NCBI GenBank assembly: GCA_004022145.1
Contig: RCNU01000022.1
DNA length: 64,000 nt
Direction: 5' to 3' (one strand)
From: Paecilomyces variotii
Lineage: Eukaryota
Under the pieces are notes generated by a model. That model worked only from the letters and a program-made list of their open reading frames with translations. It had not been told where the DNA came from and made no database searches. The number at the start of each line of letters is the position of its first letter. Position 1 is the first letter of the stretch. Made by a program: the position numbers and the translations under genes. Positions 42,562 through 55,476 of this stretch are shown piece after piece.

Positions 42562-43871
42562 ATGCCAGACGTGAGTCTCCTTATTTCTGCCTTTGGAGAC
42601 CTTCAGGAGAAAGCACAATTCAATTATCCTATGATTGAGCTCTGTCGCAAACTTCTAGGCTAACTCCATCTGCGACATAGGTTAAGAGGACGGTACGACT
42701 GGTCACAGAGCAGAATGTGATGTGGGTATAACCAATCTGTGGTCGCATGGGCGAGCGCTTTGCACCCTTGCGTATTAGAGGCGAATATCTGTGTGCGCTG
42801 GGCTTTTGCTCTCTACTCTCCTTCTGGAGCCGTCACATACACACTCTGTTCAATTGTAGCGTGCTGACCGCTTGGATTGCAGCGACAAGGATTCCGGTGT
42901 GGAGGGGTTTCCTCTCCGTTCCTGGTCCATTGAGATTTACCTCTTGAACGAGCATGGAGAGCAGGTCCCAGCGAATGTGTTTGACAAGGTCACATATACT
43001 TTGCACCCTAGTTTCGGCGATAGAGCTATTCAGAGTATGTGACGGTCCTTTTGTTAGCATCTGGCGAATGCTCTTCGTGGGCATATCTTTGCCATGTTGT
43101 TGAGAATCGGTCATTTCCTCCCTGCCAACGAGACTGGCTAATATGAGCGGTGATGTGCAGCTTTCAAGAACCCCCCATTCAGAATCTCCGAGGAAGGATG
43201 GGGTGAATTCGACATGCAAATCACACTCCACGCGGATAAGGACCATATCATCACTCACGATCTGAACTTCCAATCTAATCGCTACGAGTCGAAACATGTC
43301 CTTGTGAGTTTGCCTACACTTCCCGGTCTATGCCAGCTTCGTGGCTGGTTTTAAGCACGCGATATATTAATGCTTTTGTCCAGACATTCAAGAACCCCAA
43401 GCCAGCACTACTGGCGGCTTTGCGGGAATCCGGTCCTGTTCCCGGCGACGAAAACGGTCTAAAGACGAAGCGCACGGCTGCGGCGGATGAGGGCAGCAAG
43501 AAGAAGAAGAGGGTTGATAAGAACGTAAGTTCCTCCAGGAGAGGGAGGGGTTTATAGAACTTGGCGCATGAAGAATGGGGTATTGATCTGTTGCTTTAGG
43601 TCGACATGGACAAGCTGGCGGATGGCCTCCAGAAGCTGGGCGAGGACGATCTACTCCAGGTCGTCCAGATGGTTCACGACAACAAGTCTGCCGACTCTTA
43701 CACGAAAAATGATGTCGAACGTATGTTGCTATCTCACGAATGATTCTTATTGGGCTGAAAACGAGGCTAATATATCCTGCAGAGGGCGAGTTCCACGTTG
43801 ACCTGTACACCCTCCCCGATCCGCTAATCAAAATGCTTTGGGATTTCGCGCAGGAGAAGGGAACGATATAA
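42562..43871 (+). CDS. TAF14: YEATS-domain TFIID/TFIIF/SWI-SNF subunit Taf14
   Basis: Seven short exons largely missed by the ORF track: MPD|VKRTVRLVTEQ, KVTYTLHPSF, PPFRISEEGWGEF, VDMDKLADGLQKLGEDDLLQVVQMV, GEFHVDLYTLPD. Confidence 0.95.
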
Positions 43872-44304
43872 TTGATGAATTTGGAATGATCTCACGGGAT
43901 CCCGAAACATAATGTTGTAACTCCTTATCCAGACATAGTCGTCTATTTTGCAGTTCCGCTATGCAAGAACAAAACTCCTCAGTTGACTCTAGAATGTCGG
44001 TTTGTACCAAGCGTATATCAGCATGCTGGAATAAGTTACTCTACTTCTTCTATATAAACGGTAATAAATCGCAGCGCGTAAACCACATGGCAGAGCAGCC
44101 GCTACAACCCAAAAGTGACCCCGCGCGGATATCCGCCCTGCCGCTTCGGCGGCTTTCCACCCCACTTCTTCTACTCATCTCTTCCAACACCGCGGCATAT
44201 TCTACAAAATAATTATACAATCCCTCTCTCCATTCTTTACCAGCCCTGATAAAACAAGACCAAAGCGAATCAACCCACAAAGAGGATCAGAAAGACTGAT
44301 TAAA

Positions 44305-45382
44305 ATGAGACCCGACAAGCCCCGGGATCCCGTCGCTGGGCCTGATAGTGGCCCAGAGCCGCCATTTCCTATCCGACTATCGGGGCCAGTCATCAAGGGA
44401 TTCGGAAGGGGCAGTAAGGAGGTCAGTTCATTCAATGTTATGGTTGATTTGTTTGTTGGCTGCCTGGTATTGATATTGCGCTTGCTTTGCGTTACTTTCT
44501 TTGTTGCGTGGTTTGAAGTCAGTCGCTATTGGAACATGATTTGTTCTGTTTGGTTTGTTCCCATTGCTTGAATTTATGATTATCATTATTATTATCTCTT
44601 GTGTTTCATGTTATTTTTACGGATACACCAGACTGAAACATGCTACACTATGCGTTTCTGAATCGAGTGCGTGTATACTGGTTGGTGGTCATAGTTGTTT
44701 CCGATACAATTCGAGCCATATGAGCCATTGTGTTTTGTTCTGGTATTATTTTATTTCATGCTTGTCATGCCATACCCTTGTGGATGGAGTATGCGGGATT
44801 GTTATAAGATTTTGCATGTTTTCTGTGTTCGGATATTGAAGCAGGTATACTTTTTTTTCGATTTTGTGGTTTGGATGTTGAGTAATGTATCTGGGTATTT
44901 AAACATGTTTGATTATTCTATCTTTCTTCTGTGTTATTTTCTCCTATGATTATTATTATTATTATTTTTTTTTTTTTTTTTTTTCTGTTACATGCATCAT
45001 CCCCCTATCCTCGATATCAATTACACCCTTCCAGAAACTAACATATAATATTATTAGCTCGGCATCCCCACCGCCAACATTCCCCCCGACGGTCTCTCCG
45101 CCTACCCAGACCTCCAGACAGGAGTCTATTATGGCGTCGTGGCTCTCGACCCAGCAAAGTTCATCTACGACAAGAACGAATCGACCGCGCATACCGTGGC
45201 TGATACGACTGCAACTTCAACTTCAACGAAGCAAGAACAAGAACAAAAACAAGCTACTATCCTCCCTGCTGTTTTGAGTATTGGGTATAATCCATTCTAT
45301 AAGAATACCGTACGGAGTGTGGTATGTTCCATCCATCCATCCATCCATCCTTCTTCTTGACTTTCGAAAGAAAAGTGAAATT

Positions 45383-45425
<43 letters not shown>

Positions 45426-45774
45426 GGTATTAATTAATGAATTTCCAACGCCATAGGAAATCCACATAATGTCTCCCCCCACCACCACCTCCTCAACCAC
45501 ACCAACAACAACAAACACAAACACTACATCCAACAACTTCAACAAACTACCCGACTTCTACTCTACCAAACTCAACCTTCTTATCCTAGGCTACATCAGA
45601 CCTGAATACGACTACGTCTCCCTAGAGGCTTTGATCGATGATATTCGAACGGATTGCGAAGTCGCTAAGAAGAGTCTTGCTAGGGAGGCGTATGTGGGGT
45701 ATTTGGAAGATGGAAGGGAGGAAAGTGAGAAGGTGAAGGAGGAGAAGAAGTGGTTGAGGAGTTTTTCTCAATAG
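44305..45774 (+). CDS. FMN1: Riboflavin kinase
   Basis: Exons 44305-44421, 45058-45321, 45457-45774: [49 protein letters not shown]. Confidence 0.95.
45384..45422 (+). repeat. Poly(A) tract (~39 nt) in FMN1 intron 2
   Basis: Direct reading; preceded by (ATCC)n. Confidence 0.95.
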
Positions 45775-46347
45775 ATAGAGATAGAGATTGTGGTTTGGTT
45801 TGGTTTGGTTTTTTGGTTTATGAGATGGATAGATTTAGAGATAGATGGATGGATGAAATAACTAGAGCGTGGTCTGCTATTATCATTATTATTATACAGG
45901 AACATTATAAATCTCGATTATTATTTGTTTTCCTTAATAGGAAAAAGCAAAAAGGATCTATCAGGAATAATTATCACAATCACGATGCCTATATGCATAA
46001 GAAGTCATTATCAAAAGCAAAATAGATAGGACTTCTAGTTGATAGAAACCACGATGGAATTATCAAAATAGGGACAACAGTGTATTATATACTACCTCCT
46101 TTCTTCACTTACAATTTCAAGCTAGAAGAAGAATAACGCATAGTAAAGTAGCCGGGCAGGTAACTAATTAGCTAGAGCAAAAAGAAAAGAAAAAAAAAAG
46201 ATCATGCACGAAGAAAAAGAATTAATTAGTAATATTGATTCTAAATAACTAACCAGCTAATGATTCTAAATACCTAGCTAAGTTTGTCATCATATAAACA
46301 CTTTCTTGTGTTTTATTATTTCTTTCCCGATAATTAATTACTTTTGT

Positions 46348-48701
46348 TTACTTTTCCGAGGCGGCAAAACGACTCTTCTTGCGGATGATGTGGCCGTAGC
46401 GGAAGAATATGTACCTGGTTTGGAGAATTAGTTTTATCGGGATAATAATAGTAAATAACAATCAAATATCGTATCAGACTTACGGGAATGGAAGCATGGC
46501 TAGTGTCAAGAACGCCAGGAGGGACGTGGCCCAGTGATATCCGAGGTTATTGTACACTGCAGACGGTAATTAGTGATACTATTTTCGCCAACAGGGACAT
46601 GGACTTGAACAGGAAGAAGTGGTGCTCACTCTGGATTCCGAAAAGTGGAAAGATCGCTCCGAAGCTCGACCGCGCAAAGCTGTTTGCTGCCAACGCACTA
46701 GCTGCAAATGTAGGGTATGCGTCGACTAAGAATGTAAAGACGCCCGAGTACACGAGAATCGTCCTGTTGTGCATATCGAGGTTAGCAAACTGATCACTAG
46801 TTGTCATGTATGAAATGGCAATAGTGGTGATAGGACGTACCCAGCTCCGAAAATAGCGCTGCCAATGATCGCCCCGATCCAGTGGCAGTTGGAATAGATT
46901 GTCCAGGCAAAGATGAAAAGACCAATTGTCACCAATGGAGCGCCAACAATCGCTGTTTATCCTTCGTCAGAATGCTTCGATATGCCATGGAGCGGGAGAC
47001 TCACCTGGAGGCAACCGCCATTCGGGCTGGAAATCGCCTTTCACTCCCTTCCGTTGCTCATGCTTGAGCTCCAGCCGCGCATAGTTCCTCCGCCAGATGG
47101 GGTCCGTTAAGATAGCAAAAATCATGCCGACAAAGATCCCCATGAAGGATAGACCGACTTGCCACAGTTTGAATCCCCAAACGTTGGTGAATACCAGGTT
47201 AAAGGCGCCGAAGAAGAGGTAGAGGATACCAAGAAGGATGGCCGAAAAGATGCAGAGGTTCAGACACATAGGCTCCAGCGTGAGAAGGAGCATCGGCCTG
47301 TACAGAGAGCGAAGGACGGTTTGCAGCACCGAGCGGTGCATATTCTCAATCGGGGCCACCCATCGCTCATCTCCCGTTTCCCTGCGCAGTCTCTGGGCCT
47401 TTCGTCGCAGCAGCCTGAAAAGAAAGTCAGTTGGTGCAGAGAGCAGTCCGCTCATGGGGCTGACGTACACAGGATGGTAAGTCTCCGGAACGAAGAACAC
47501 GATCAATCCCAGAACGGAGCCCGTCCAGATGAGGAGCACATAGAATGTCCAGCGCCTGACGAGTCAGCTCGATGGGCTTAACCACAATGCAAGAAAACAT
47601 ACCACGTAGTAAAAGAATTGATGAACCCGCCAACCCTGGACACCGGTCAGCAATCTTACACACAGATCAGGTTTCAAGGCTATATGTAGCTTACAGAGGA
47701 CCGATCTCAGGACCAACGAAAGGACTGGCAGTGTACAGCATCATCGGAGCAGCCAACTCGTGACGCGCGAAAAGATCTCCCACTGTTCCACCCGCCACGC
47801 TGAGGAACGCACTTCCCGAAAGACCGTTGAAGAAACGGGCAACGATCATAGTCTGGATGTTTTGCGCAACGGCGCAAGGGATCAGCCAGATCAGGAAAAA
47901 GGTAAACGATACGATGTAGATGTTTCTCCGTCCATAAAACTTGATCTCGTCAGTATGGCTTGCGTGTGTCGTCACGGAAGCAAGATCACGCGGGAACATA
48001 CTTCAGATAGGGGACTTAGGAACAATGGTCCGACACCTGTATATCCCAAGGTCAGTAAGCACAGCCAATCCCAACGAGATCACAGATCGACTCACCAAGA
48101 CCAAAGATGAAAAACGACAGACCCAACGTAGCGACCTCCCGCGAGCAGTGGAACTCTCTCATAATTTGCTCGTATGTCATGGTATACATTGACGAAGTGC
48201 ATGTCCTGCCACAGTATCAGTCTCCAGGTCGTTTCGAAACGTCGCATCCACGACTATCCTCGATCTGAACCCAACTTACACGCAAACCGAACCCGTCGAA
48301 CAGATGACAACTATCAACCACCTCCGCAGCTTATTCATATTGCGAGGATTCGCAGGATCATTTTCATCCCAAGTGACCGTAAAATCCGACACCCCCTCCT
48401 CTGCCGGAACCGCACCAGCCTCTTCGTCCTTATCTTCCTCATCAGCCCCGATCCCACTACAGCTATATCCATCATTCATCGACCAGCTCCGCTCGAGCGA
48501 CCTCCGCGACGTGCGCGAGTGCGTCTTCTGCACGGCCAAATCGCCATTGCGCCCGTTGCTGTTGGCGGTGGTAGCTCTGAGCGGCTCGTACGCCTTTTCT
48601 GGATCTCCGTTCTGCCCATCTTCCATATCGCTGGCCTTGACTTGACTGGATGGTGCGGGACTTATGTTCTCCGCGCGAGACGGCGCTGGTGTCACGGCCA
48701 T
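46348..48701 (-). CDS. MFS drug:H+ antiporter (DHA1 family)
   Basis: Multi-exon; WDENDPANPRN, FYGRRNIY, GSAFLSVAGGTVGDLF, PETYHPV, LLTLEP, PEWRLPP, AASALAANSFARS; ends KKSRFAASEK. Confidence 0.9.
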
Positions 48702-50221
48702 GGTGTTCTTTATCTTCCTCTTCTTCTGTCGAGCAGCAAAGGCTGACGACGGGGAGTCAGGACGATCTCCCTCTGACCGGGATTCTGTCTGACAAAGAAG
48801 CTTCGCGTGCGGGGAGGACAGAAACCAGGATTAAGTATGCGCTGCGGAGAAATCCTGGGAGTCGGTCAGTTTTAGTTCCAAAGTCCCAGATACAGAACCT
48901 CTGTATCACGCACCAGTGTTAGTTAGTTAGTAATTGACGTCTGACTAACACACTGCAATGCCCATGCGGGACATCATACAGCAGCAGCAGCAGCAGTAGC
49001 CAGCTAAATAACAGGGAAAAGAAGAGAGCAATGGCCAGCGCCAATTAACTAACTAGTTAGTTCGAGATGGATGTTCCTGAGTAATCAACGAGTCGGCTTT
49101 CTGGATGCGGACCGTGCGGACCGCTCCCAATTCGTCGATCACTGAGATGGACGGATTTAGTCCCTCTCGCCCGGTCTTTTCTCCGGGTAAGAGAATGATT
49201 GTGAATTGGAAAAGAGCTGGGGAATAATAGAATCATAAAGGATGAATTGAGATGGAAAGATAATAAATAAATGATAGAGTCGACAGTCAATAAGAAGAAT
49301 ATTAAATAAATAATGCGGGGGAAGTTAACTAACTCCCTGTCCAGATCGGGCCGGTACGTCACTGCCAAGCCAGATGGACTATCTATACAAATTAGATTAA
49401 CTGTACGGAGTATACAGTATGCATATATCTTTTGAGCTTGGGGAGAAGAAGCTCTAGAACCCATCAGAGAATCTCATTGACGAATCATCATGAGAAGTAG
49501 GATCTTCTTACTTTCCAATGCTATGCCTAGTAACTACAGTCGTTCTATCTGGTCATCGGACAATTACCCCCCAAAAGCCAAGCAATATGCACGTCGGGAG
49601 TATCCGACGGTCGATCGATCAGCACTCAATCTTTAGCCTACCTATCTACGCAAAAAGTAGGTAGTTATAGTTTATACAATCTGATCTCGCACATAACATG
49701 ATCGAGTTCGTTTCGAGATCATGACCACGGAGTGCTTACGGTGGTAGCTAGTATCAGTTAGTTTACAATTGTCCGGAAACAACACTTCTCTGTTTACGTC
49801 ACACGCATATATTTCACAGTGGTAAAGAAAAAGAAGACTGCCTTCGATTGCTGACTGTGTGCTAGATAATAGCAATATATCATATCGTTCAAATATCCAA
49901 GCCATGTCTGGATGCTCATCACCCGACCAGAGGGCCAGCGCTAACAGCACTCCCTCTCCTCGGTGGGTATTATTTATTCACAAAATATCAAAAACATAGA
50001 GGACAGATACAAAAAAGAAAAAGTCATCATAAGAATTGCATGGAATCCCGTGTTAGCGTCATCTATCCTGGCGCTGTGGGATCACGCGATTGGCCTAGGC
50101 TCTGCGTCTGACACTCCTAAAAGTGTCACATATATCAAGGACCGATCCTGGCGAGTCTTTCAGACCAGCACTTCATATGCAGAACCAGACAGGAGTCGCA
50201 GTTGGTCAATGATCCGGTCTT

Positions 50222-51166
50222 TCACCTGTACCGCGGCATGGCCATCGGCGGGCGTGTCAGCACGGGGGGACCTCGACTTCGCCTCGTGAATTGGGGCGGA
50301 CCACGCTCAAGGTCGTAGAATCCCGATCGATCTGGCATCGGAGGCTTCTCACTAAGCTGGTTGCCCCTCCTGGGGCCCCTCATGCCCTCGATACAACCAT
50401 GCACAAAGAGGAAGGTTGTGATGAACCTAGAAGTAACGTCAGTCGCTAATTTGGTTTTACGTGGAATACAGTGTCGAGGGGGATTTCAAATCTGCCAGAC
50501 AGAAGACCTGTGGAACTTACCAGACCAAGATAGCAAAGATAACACCGGCCAACTCCAGGTCCCCGATCTGATACAGCTCAGGATTGCACTCCTTGCTGAA
50601 CATGTTCATTCCAGTGTCGCAAACGACCATGCTTCCAGCCATTGACATTGTCGGTTTCTTCCAGAGATTAAACACACCAGCCCAGGCGGAGAACGTGACG
50701 GCCGGGATGAGGATCGCCCAGACAAGGAAGTCGAAGATGCCGGTAACGAGTCCGCGGAACGGACTCGCCGTCTTGAAGACATAGACGGAGTTGGTGAGGT
50801 TAAAGAAGAATGAAAGGAGAAGCTAAACGTTCTCGTCAGCTTACAGTCAACAACATATGATGAATATGGACCAAAATCCCATCGTGTATTCCCACAAAGT
50901 GCAGTGGCCCATAAATAGAAGACACAGGTCCATACCGGTGCAATCGGAAACCCATCCTGCCAATCACCCGGGGTCCCCTTCGAATGGAAGAAATTCTCTT
51001 GCCATGGATTGATCGCTGCTGCCAGGAGTATTGTTCCCAGCAGCGCAAAATGTGCCGTGACGAACCGAAGGATTGTCTTCTGGAACAACCGTGGAGAGTT
51101 CCCGGCGTTGACTCGATCTCGGTGACTCGCCCAGTAGGTCTTCATACGATAGATCGTGCTACCCAT
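50222..51166 (-). CDS. Uncharacterised small membrane protein (about 4 TM)
   Basis: Three exons with GT-AG and branch signals: ...FALLGTILLAAAI...GFPIAP | LLLSFFFNL...IFDFLVWAILIPAVTF...ELAGVIFAILVW | FITTFLFVHGC...PRYR. Confidence 0.7.
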
Positions 51167-52615
51167 GATTGGTATTCGTTTTTGCTTTTCGCTACGCTTG
51201 ACTGCAGCTGCTGATTCAAGATCGTTGCGCGGAGACTTTGTTGTTCCGCTTCGGGTCGACTGCGAAGCTGATCCGTTTATCCTTCTCTTTTCTTTTGTTG
51301 TAGAAATGTCACGACCAGCGTTTCAAAGATAAAATATGTTGAAAGTATAGTATCGGGTGTGTCGTCGTCAAGGGATAGGAGTAAATAGAATAGAACTGAA
51401 TGCCTCACCAGGGGGCTAGAAGAATCGAAAACACACAAAAACTGAAGGACTGAACTGTCAAAAAAGAAAAAAAGGAACGACCAGTCGATTCTCTCCCACA
51501 GGGAGCAAAAGAAGATAAGATGAGGAAGGACAAAAGGACAGGAAAAGAAGAGAAAAAAGGGATCTTCCTAAAAAGAACCAAGCTGCCTCGGCGGCTCTGC
51601 CACTGTTATGTACCCCATACTCTTATTATTCTCCTGCTTAACATCAACCAGCAGTGGGTCAGTGGTCAGTGGTCAAACGGACACAAGGGAGATCAAGCAT
51701 GTTCAGCCACAGAAGGCACACGCAATCCATCATCTAGCCGTGAACCTGGCGGAAGTCAGTAGCCCTCAACGGGGGTTTAGCAGAACACTCGCTGGCTGCA
51801 GTAGCCTGAACAGGACGCTTCAAACACAAGGCTAGGTCCTGGATCCCTTCAATCGTGAAGACAGGACGCCTCCTTGGGGGGCTAAGAAACTAAAGAGCCA
51901 GTGGTGAAGAGCGGAGATCGCGCTGGGACGTTGTGACAGGTTTCGAGACCCTGGACGCTTGACGCGGCGTTGGCGCAAGTATCAAACATCAGTTGTCGCA
52001 GCGCAAGGACGCCCAGCCGATCTCTTGCTGATGGCGGCCGTTCCTCACACGCCATAGAGATCAACAGATCGACTCGTCGACTGGAGACGATCTGAGCAGT
52101 ATCTATTACTCGCGAAGGTTATACGGGCAGGCCTAAATGAGCATGTAATTTTCCCAATTCATGCGCCAAGATCGCTGACCACCGAATCGAGAGTTCAGTT
52201 CTACATTCTGTCTCTGGAGGATCAAAACCGAGTCTTCACAGTTCAATTATGATGGAATTGACTTCTACAGCTAACTACCTAAATACGTCTGCACAGGGGA
52301 ACGCGCAGAAACTCCAACACCACGGCGGATCCGTTGGTATGTCCTAAAAACTCAAAACCGACTTGCTACCGACGCCAGGCCCGCGTCAACACCAAGAGCA
52401 ACCTGTGGCAAGGATCCAAACATCCAGAATAGCCTCAATTCAAGAGAGAGAGAAAAAAAAAGAAAAGAAAAAAAGGACAAGAGTCGAGTCCACCCAAACA
52501 CACGTTCAGAACCAGCGACAATGCTGGGACCAAGAATGCCAATCCAGAGCTATACATGAACAGGAGCTACGCCAAAGCCAACGCCTTCGTGACAGATACG
52601 GAAAGGTCGCCTTAT

Positions 52616-54499
52616 CTAAACTGCGACTTGGGTCTGTTGACTGGCGATCTCTCCACCCGCCTCGGTCTCCGCCCAAGAGCCCCAGAGAGCACGTTTGGAA
52701 CGGATCCGGAGAGGAGCTCCAATGGTGTCGGATTTCTGCTCCACCTTGACGGCGTCTTTGGTGGCCAAGACGAGCACCTCGAAGAACATCTTGGTCGCAT
52801 CGGCCTTGCTTGTTTCCTTCTCGGGCAAGAGGTCCTGGAACAGCACGCTAGTCTTCTTCTGCTTCGAGGGGCTTTCGGTGGCCGCTTCGCCGCCAAAGCG
52901 GTCTCGCAGCAGGTGAACAGCATGTTTTGTGCCTGCTGAAACAGGGCCACTGTCGGCTGGGTGCACGGTGCTGTCGTCGAAATCATCCAACGGCTGGCCC
53001 ATACCTTCGTCATCACTGCTGGCGTGGAAATGGTCACCCTCGGCAGGGAATTCGATTTCAGATCGTTGGTTGAGCGTGGTATCCATATCAATGCCTTCAT
53101 CCGCAGGCACGGGAAGAATCGCCTCATCGTCGCCAAGTTCGAGGGCGGGAGCATTGGCTGCTTCGATATCCACGTCCGAGATCCCGCTGTCGCGCTTTCG
53201 CTTAAGCTCACCGGACTTCTTGACGGTCTCGAAAGACAACAATTCTCTCAGTTCCGGAGCCCAGCCACGGCCAATACCATCTCCCAGCACGCTCGACACG
53301 AAATCACCATTCTTCTGCATGTGCATCAGAGTAAGCAGGACGGGGTCTCGAGGCAGGAACGACACTGGCTTCAAGATCTTGGGATGACTTTGTTGCTGTT
53401 GCTTGATGTCCATAACCTTGAGCACCTTGTCCTCATCGAGCTGCATGATCTTGCGGCGCTTAGCACGCTGCGCGTGAGTGACAGCCTCGCCCTCTTCTTC
53501 CTGATCCTCTTGCGGCGCTTCCTCCTCACCGAAACCGGCGGGACGCTCACGCTCAAGGACCTCACTAGGTGGTGCAGGGCTCAAGGATACGCGTTCGGAT
53601 CTCTGCTCATCAGCGAAAGGACCAGGAGTTGCCTCTTGACCGCGAAGTTCTCCCTCTCCGTCAAGATCCATAGCATCATCCTGGCGGAGAAAATCGTCCA
53701 GGTTGTCGTGGGAACCTTCAGCTCCCAGGTCCATTTTGTCCAGCGGAGCATCATCCTCTCCGAGGTCCAAGGGTAGATCGATATCGTTGAACTTTCCGGC
53801 GTCGCTGAACAGATCCTCCTCAACCGGACGAGGAGCCGGTGCATCTCGACCAAGTTCCATGCTGAAGTCATTGCCAAACGACGTGTCATCTTCGCCCAAA
53901 TCGAGGTCGACCAGTGTGTGGTCCTCGAGACGAGCCGGTTCCTGGGAATAGCGCTGGCTGCCGCTGCTGTCCGGCAGCAGCTGACTGGAATAATCCATGG
54001 ATGAACCAGGACGCTTGGGGTCTTGCTCCAAGTTCAGCGGCTGAGACAAGAGCAGAGATGCATCTAGGTTCATGAAAAGGTCGGATTCAGTCAATACATC
54101 CGGTAGAGTAATTCCACCGGGTGGCATCGTCACCGTGCTTGGAAGATCATTATTGTTGGTTAGACGGAAAGCCTGGGTTTGCACGTTAGTTGCTTGCGAT
54201 TTAAAAAGAAACCGTAGACAGCGTAGACAACCTACCATCTTAATTTTCATCAGAGCTTCATTGCAGTCGTCCAATAGATAACGCGCCTTTCTGCTGTAGA
54301 TACGGACGACACCCAGAAGCAGCTGACCGCTCAATCGCAGCGCCATGGGTGCCTGTCCTTGGTCTACAATGGCACTGACGCTGCTTTCGATGTTGGATTG
54401 CAGAATATGCGACTTGGAAAGTTTGCGCTCGAGGTTTGCGGACAGCCAGACCCGGGCCAGCGGCCCGGTCTTGGACAGCAGCGTCTCTGAATAGAACAT
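52616..54499 (-). CDS. rad21: Cohesin kleisin subunit Rad21/Scc1
   Basis: [49 protein letters not shown]-terminal [15 protein letters not shown]; one intron 54235-54173. Confidence 0.96.
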   Translation of the reverse strand: MFYSETLLSKTGPLARVWLSANLERKLSKSHILQSNIESSVSAIVDQGQAPMALRLSGQLLLGVVRIYSRKARYLLDDCNEALMKIKMVGCLRCLRFLFKSQATNVQTQAFRLTNNNDLPSTVTMPPGGITLPDVLTESDLFMNLDASLLLSQPLNLEQDPKRPGSSMDYSSQLLPDSSGSQRYSQEPARLEDHTLVDLDLGEDDTSFGNDFSMELGRDAPAPRPVEEDLFSDAGKFNDIDLPLDLGEDDAPLDKMDLGAEGSHDNLDDFLRQDDAMDLDGEGELRGQEATPGPFADEQRSERVSLSPAPPSEVLERERPAGFGEEEAPQEDQEEEGEAVTHAQRAKRRKIMQLDEDKVLKVMDIKQQQQSHPKILKPVSFLPRDPVLLTLMHMQKNGDFVSSVLGDGIGRGWAPELRELLSFETVKKSGELKRKRDSGISDVDIEAANAPALELGDDEAILPVPADEGIDMDTTLNQRSEIEFPAEGDHFHASSDDEGMGQPLDDFDDSTVHPADSGPVSAGTKHAVHLLRDRFGGEAATESPSKQKKTSVLFQDLLPEKETSKADATKMFFEVLVLATKDAVKVEQKSDTIGAPLRIRSKRALWGSWAETEAGGEIASQQTQVAV

Positions 54500-55476
54500 C
54501 CTGTCCCTCTGGGCCCGCGATTAATGTGTCCAGATCGAAATAAACGCGCTGAGGGACCCGACGCGGAGGGGGTTGGCGATGCGAAAAGACGTCAGGCCAA
54601 TGCGAAGGCCAATGACGCGCCGACCCAAACAACCGAATACCGCGCTGTTTTCAACAGCGTACCAGCGTTATCGAGTCCGACGGGACCTGGCGACCAGAAT
54701 CGAGTCGTTATCCTAGAGCAGGCGACCCGAATCCGATAGTAGATTGCGGGAATGAACGGAGTGAAGGTCGTGGAGGAGGGGTGGGCGCGTGTATATTTTT
54801 GAGGGGGAAAGAGGAAGAAGACAAACGGGGATGCAAGCGGATGGAGTTGCCAGAGCGCCGCGGGCATGTGTGGCTGGGATCACGTGTCGCCGACGTGACA
54901 GGCCCGCGTCGTTACTCGGGAAGCCGTATTTATGATATTGGCCGTATTGCAGTTACAGGAATGGCAGGCAGCAGGGCATGATTCTAGCGGAAGTTACGGA
55001 ACTGACACGTATTGCCCATACCGTCGCCAGTCCTCGGATCCGGGGATACGTAGTTCCAGGTCTAACCGCAACAGGAAAAGCATCCGCCGGTAAGTTACGG
55101 GTCCCGTAAGTTACAGTAAGTAAGTTACTTGGCTTTCCCCAGTCTGAAGTCGCAAGTCTAGAGCCTCAACAATAATAACTAACTACCATACTACCAATTT
55201 CCCAATTCTCGCTGCACCGACGCTTGTCTCTCCTGTCTGCGTCTGCGCCTGTTCTCCCCATAGACTGCAAAGTGTCCGTGACCGCAAGCCGTGGAGACTC
55301 CAGGGATCCCTATTCAGGACGTTCATTGAACCCGGTGGATGTTCGTGCCAGCTTGCTGCTCCTGAAGCTGGCGTAAGCGTTTCTTTCTGTCGCACCCTTC
55401 TTTCCCCCGGGATGCTCCGACTCTACGCCTGATTCTTTTTTTGTTCCAGAGCTCCGGATCGTCCAGAGCATGAGAG

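Noticed and set aside
42571..43160. Intronic snoRNAs in the longer TAF14 introns
   Set aside because: No convincing C/D box pair or H/ACA layout found by eye; an Rfam search would settle it.
44422..45057. Canonical FMN riboswitch in the FMN1 intron
   Set aside because: Conserved RFN aptamer segments are not visible; the intron is kept only as an unexplained feature.
31639..48701. Secondary-metabolite cluster (IndA-like gene, hydrolase, Zn2Cys6 factor, MFS)
   Set aside because: No backbone synthase; IndA/PsuG is pseudouridine catabolism, the regulator is AcuK, and housekeeping genes are interspersed.
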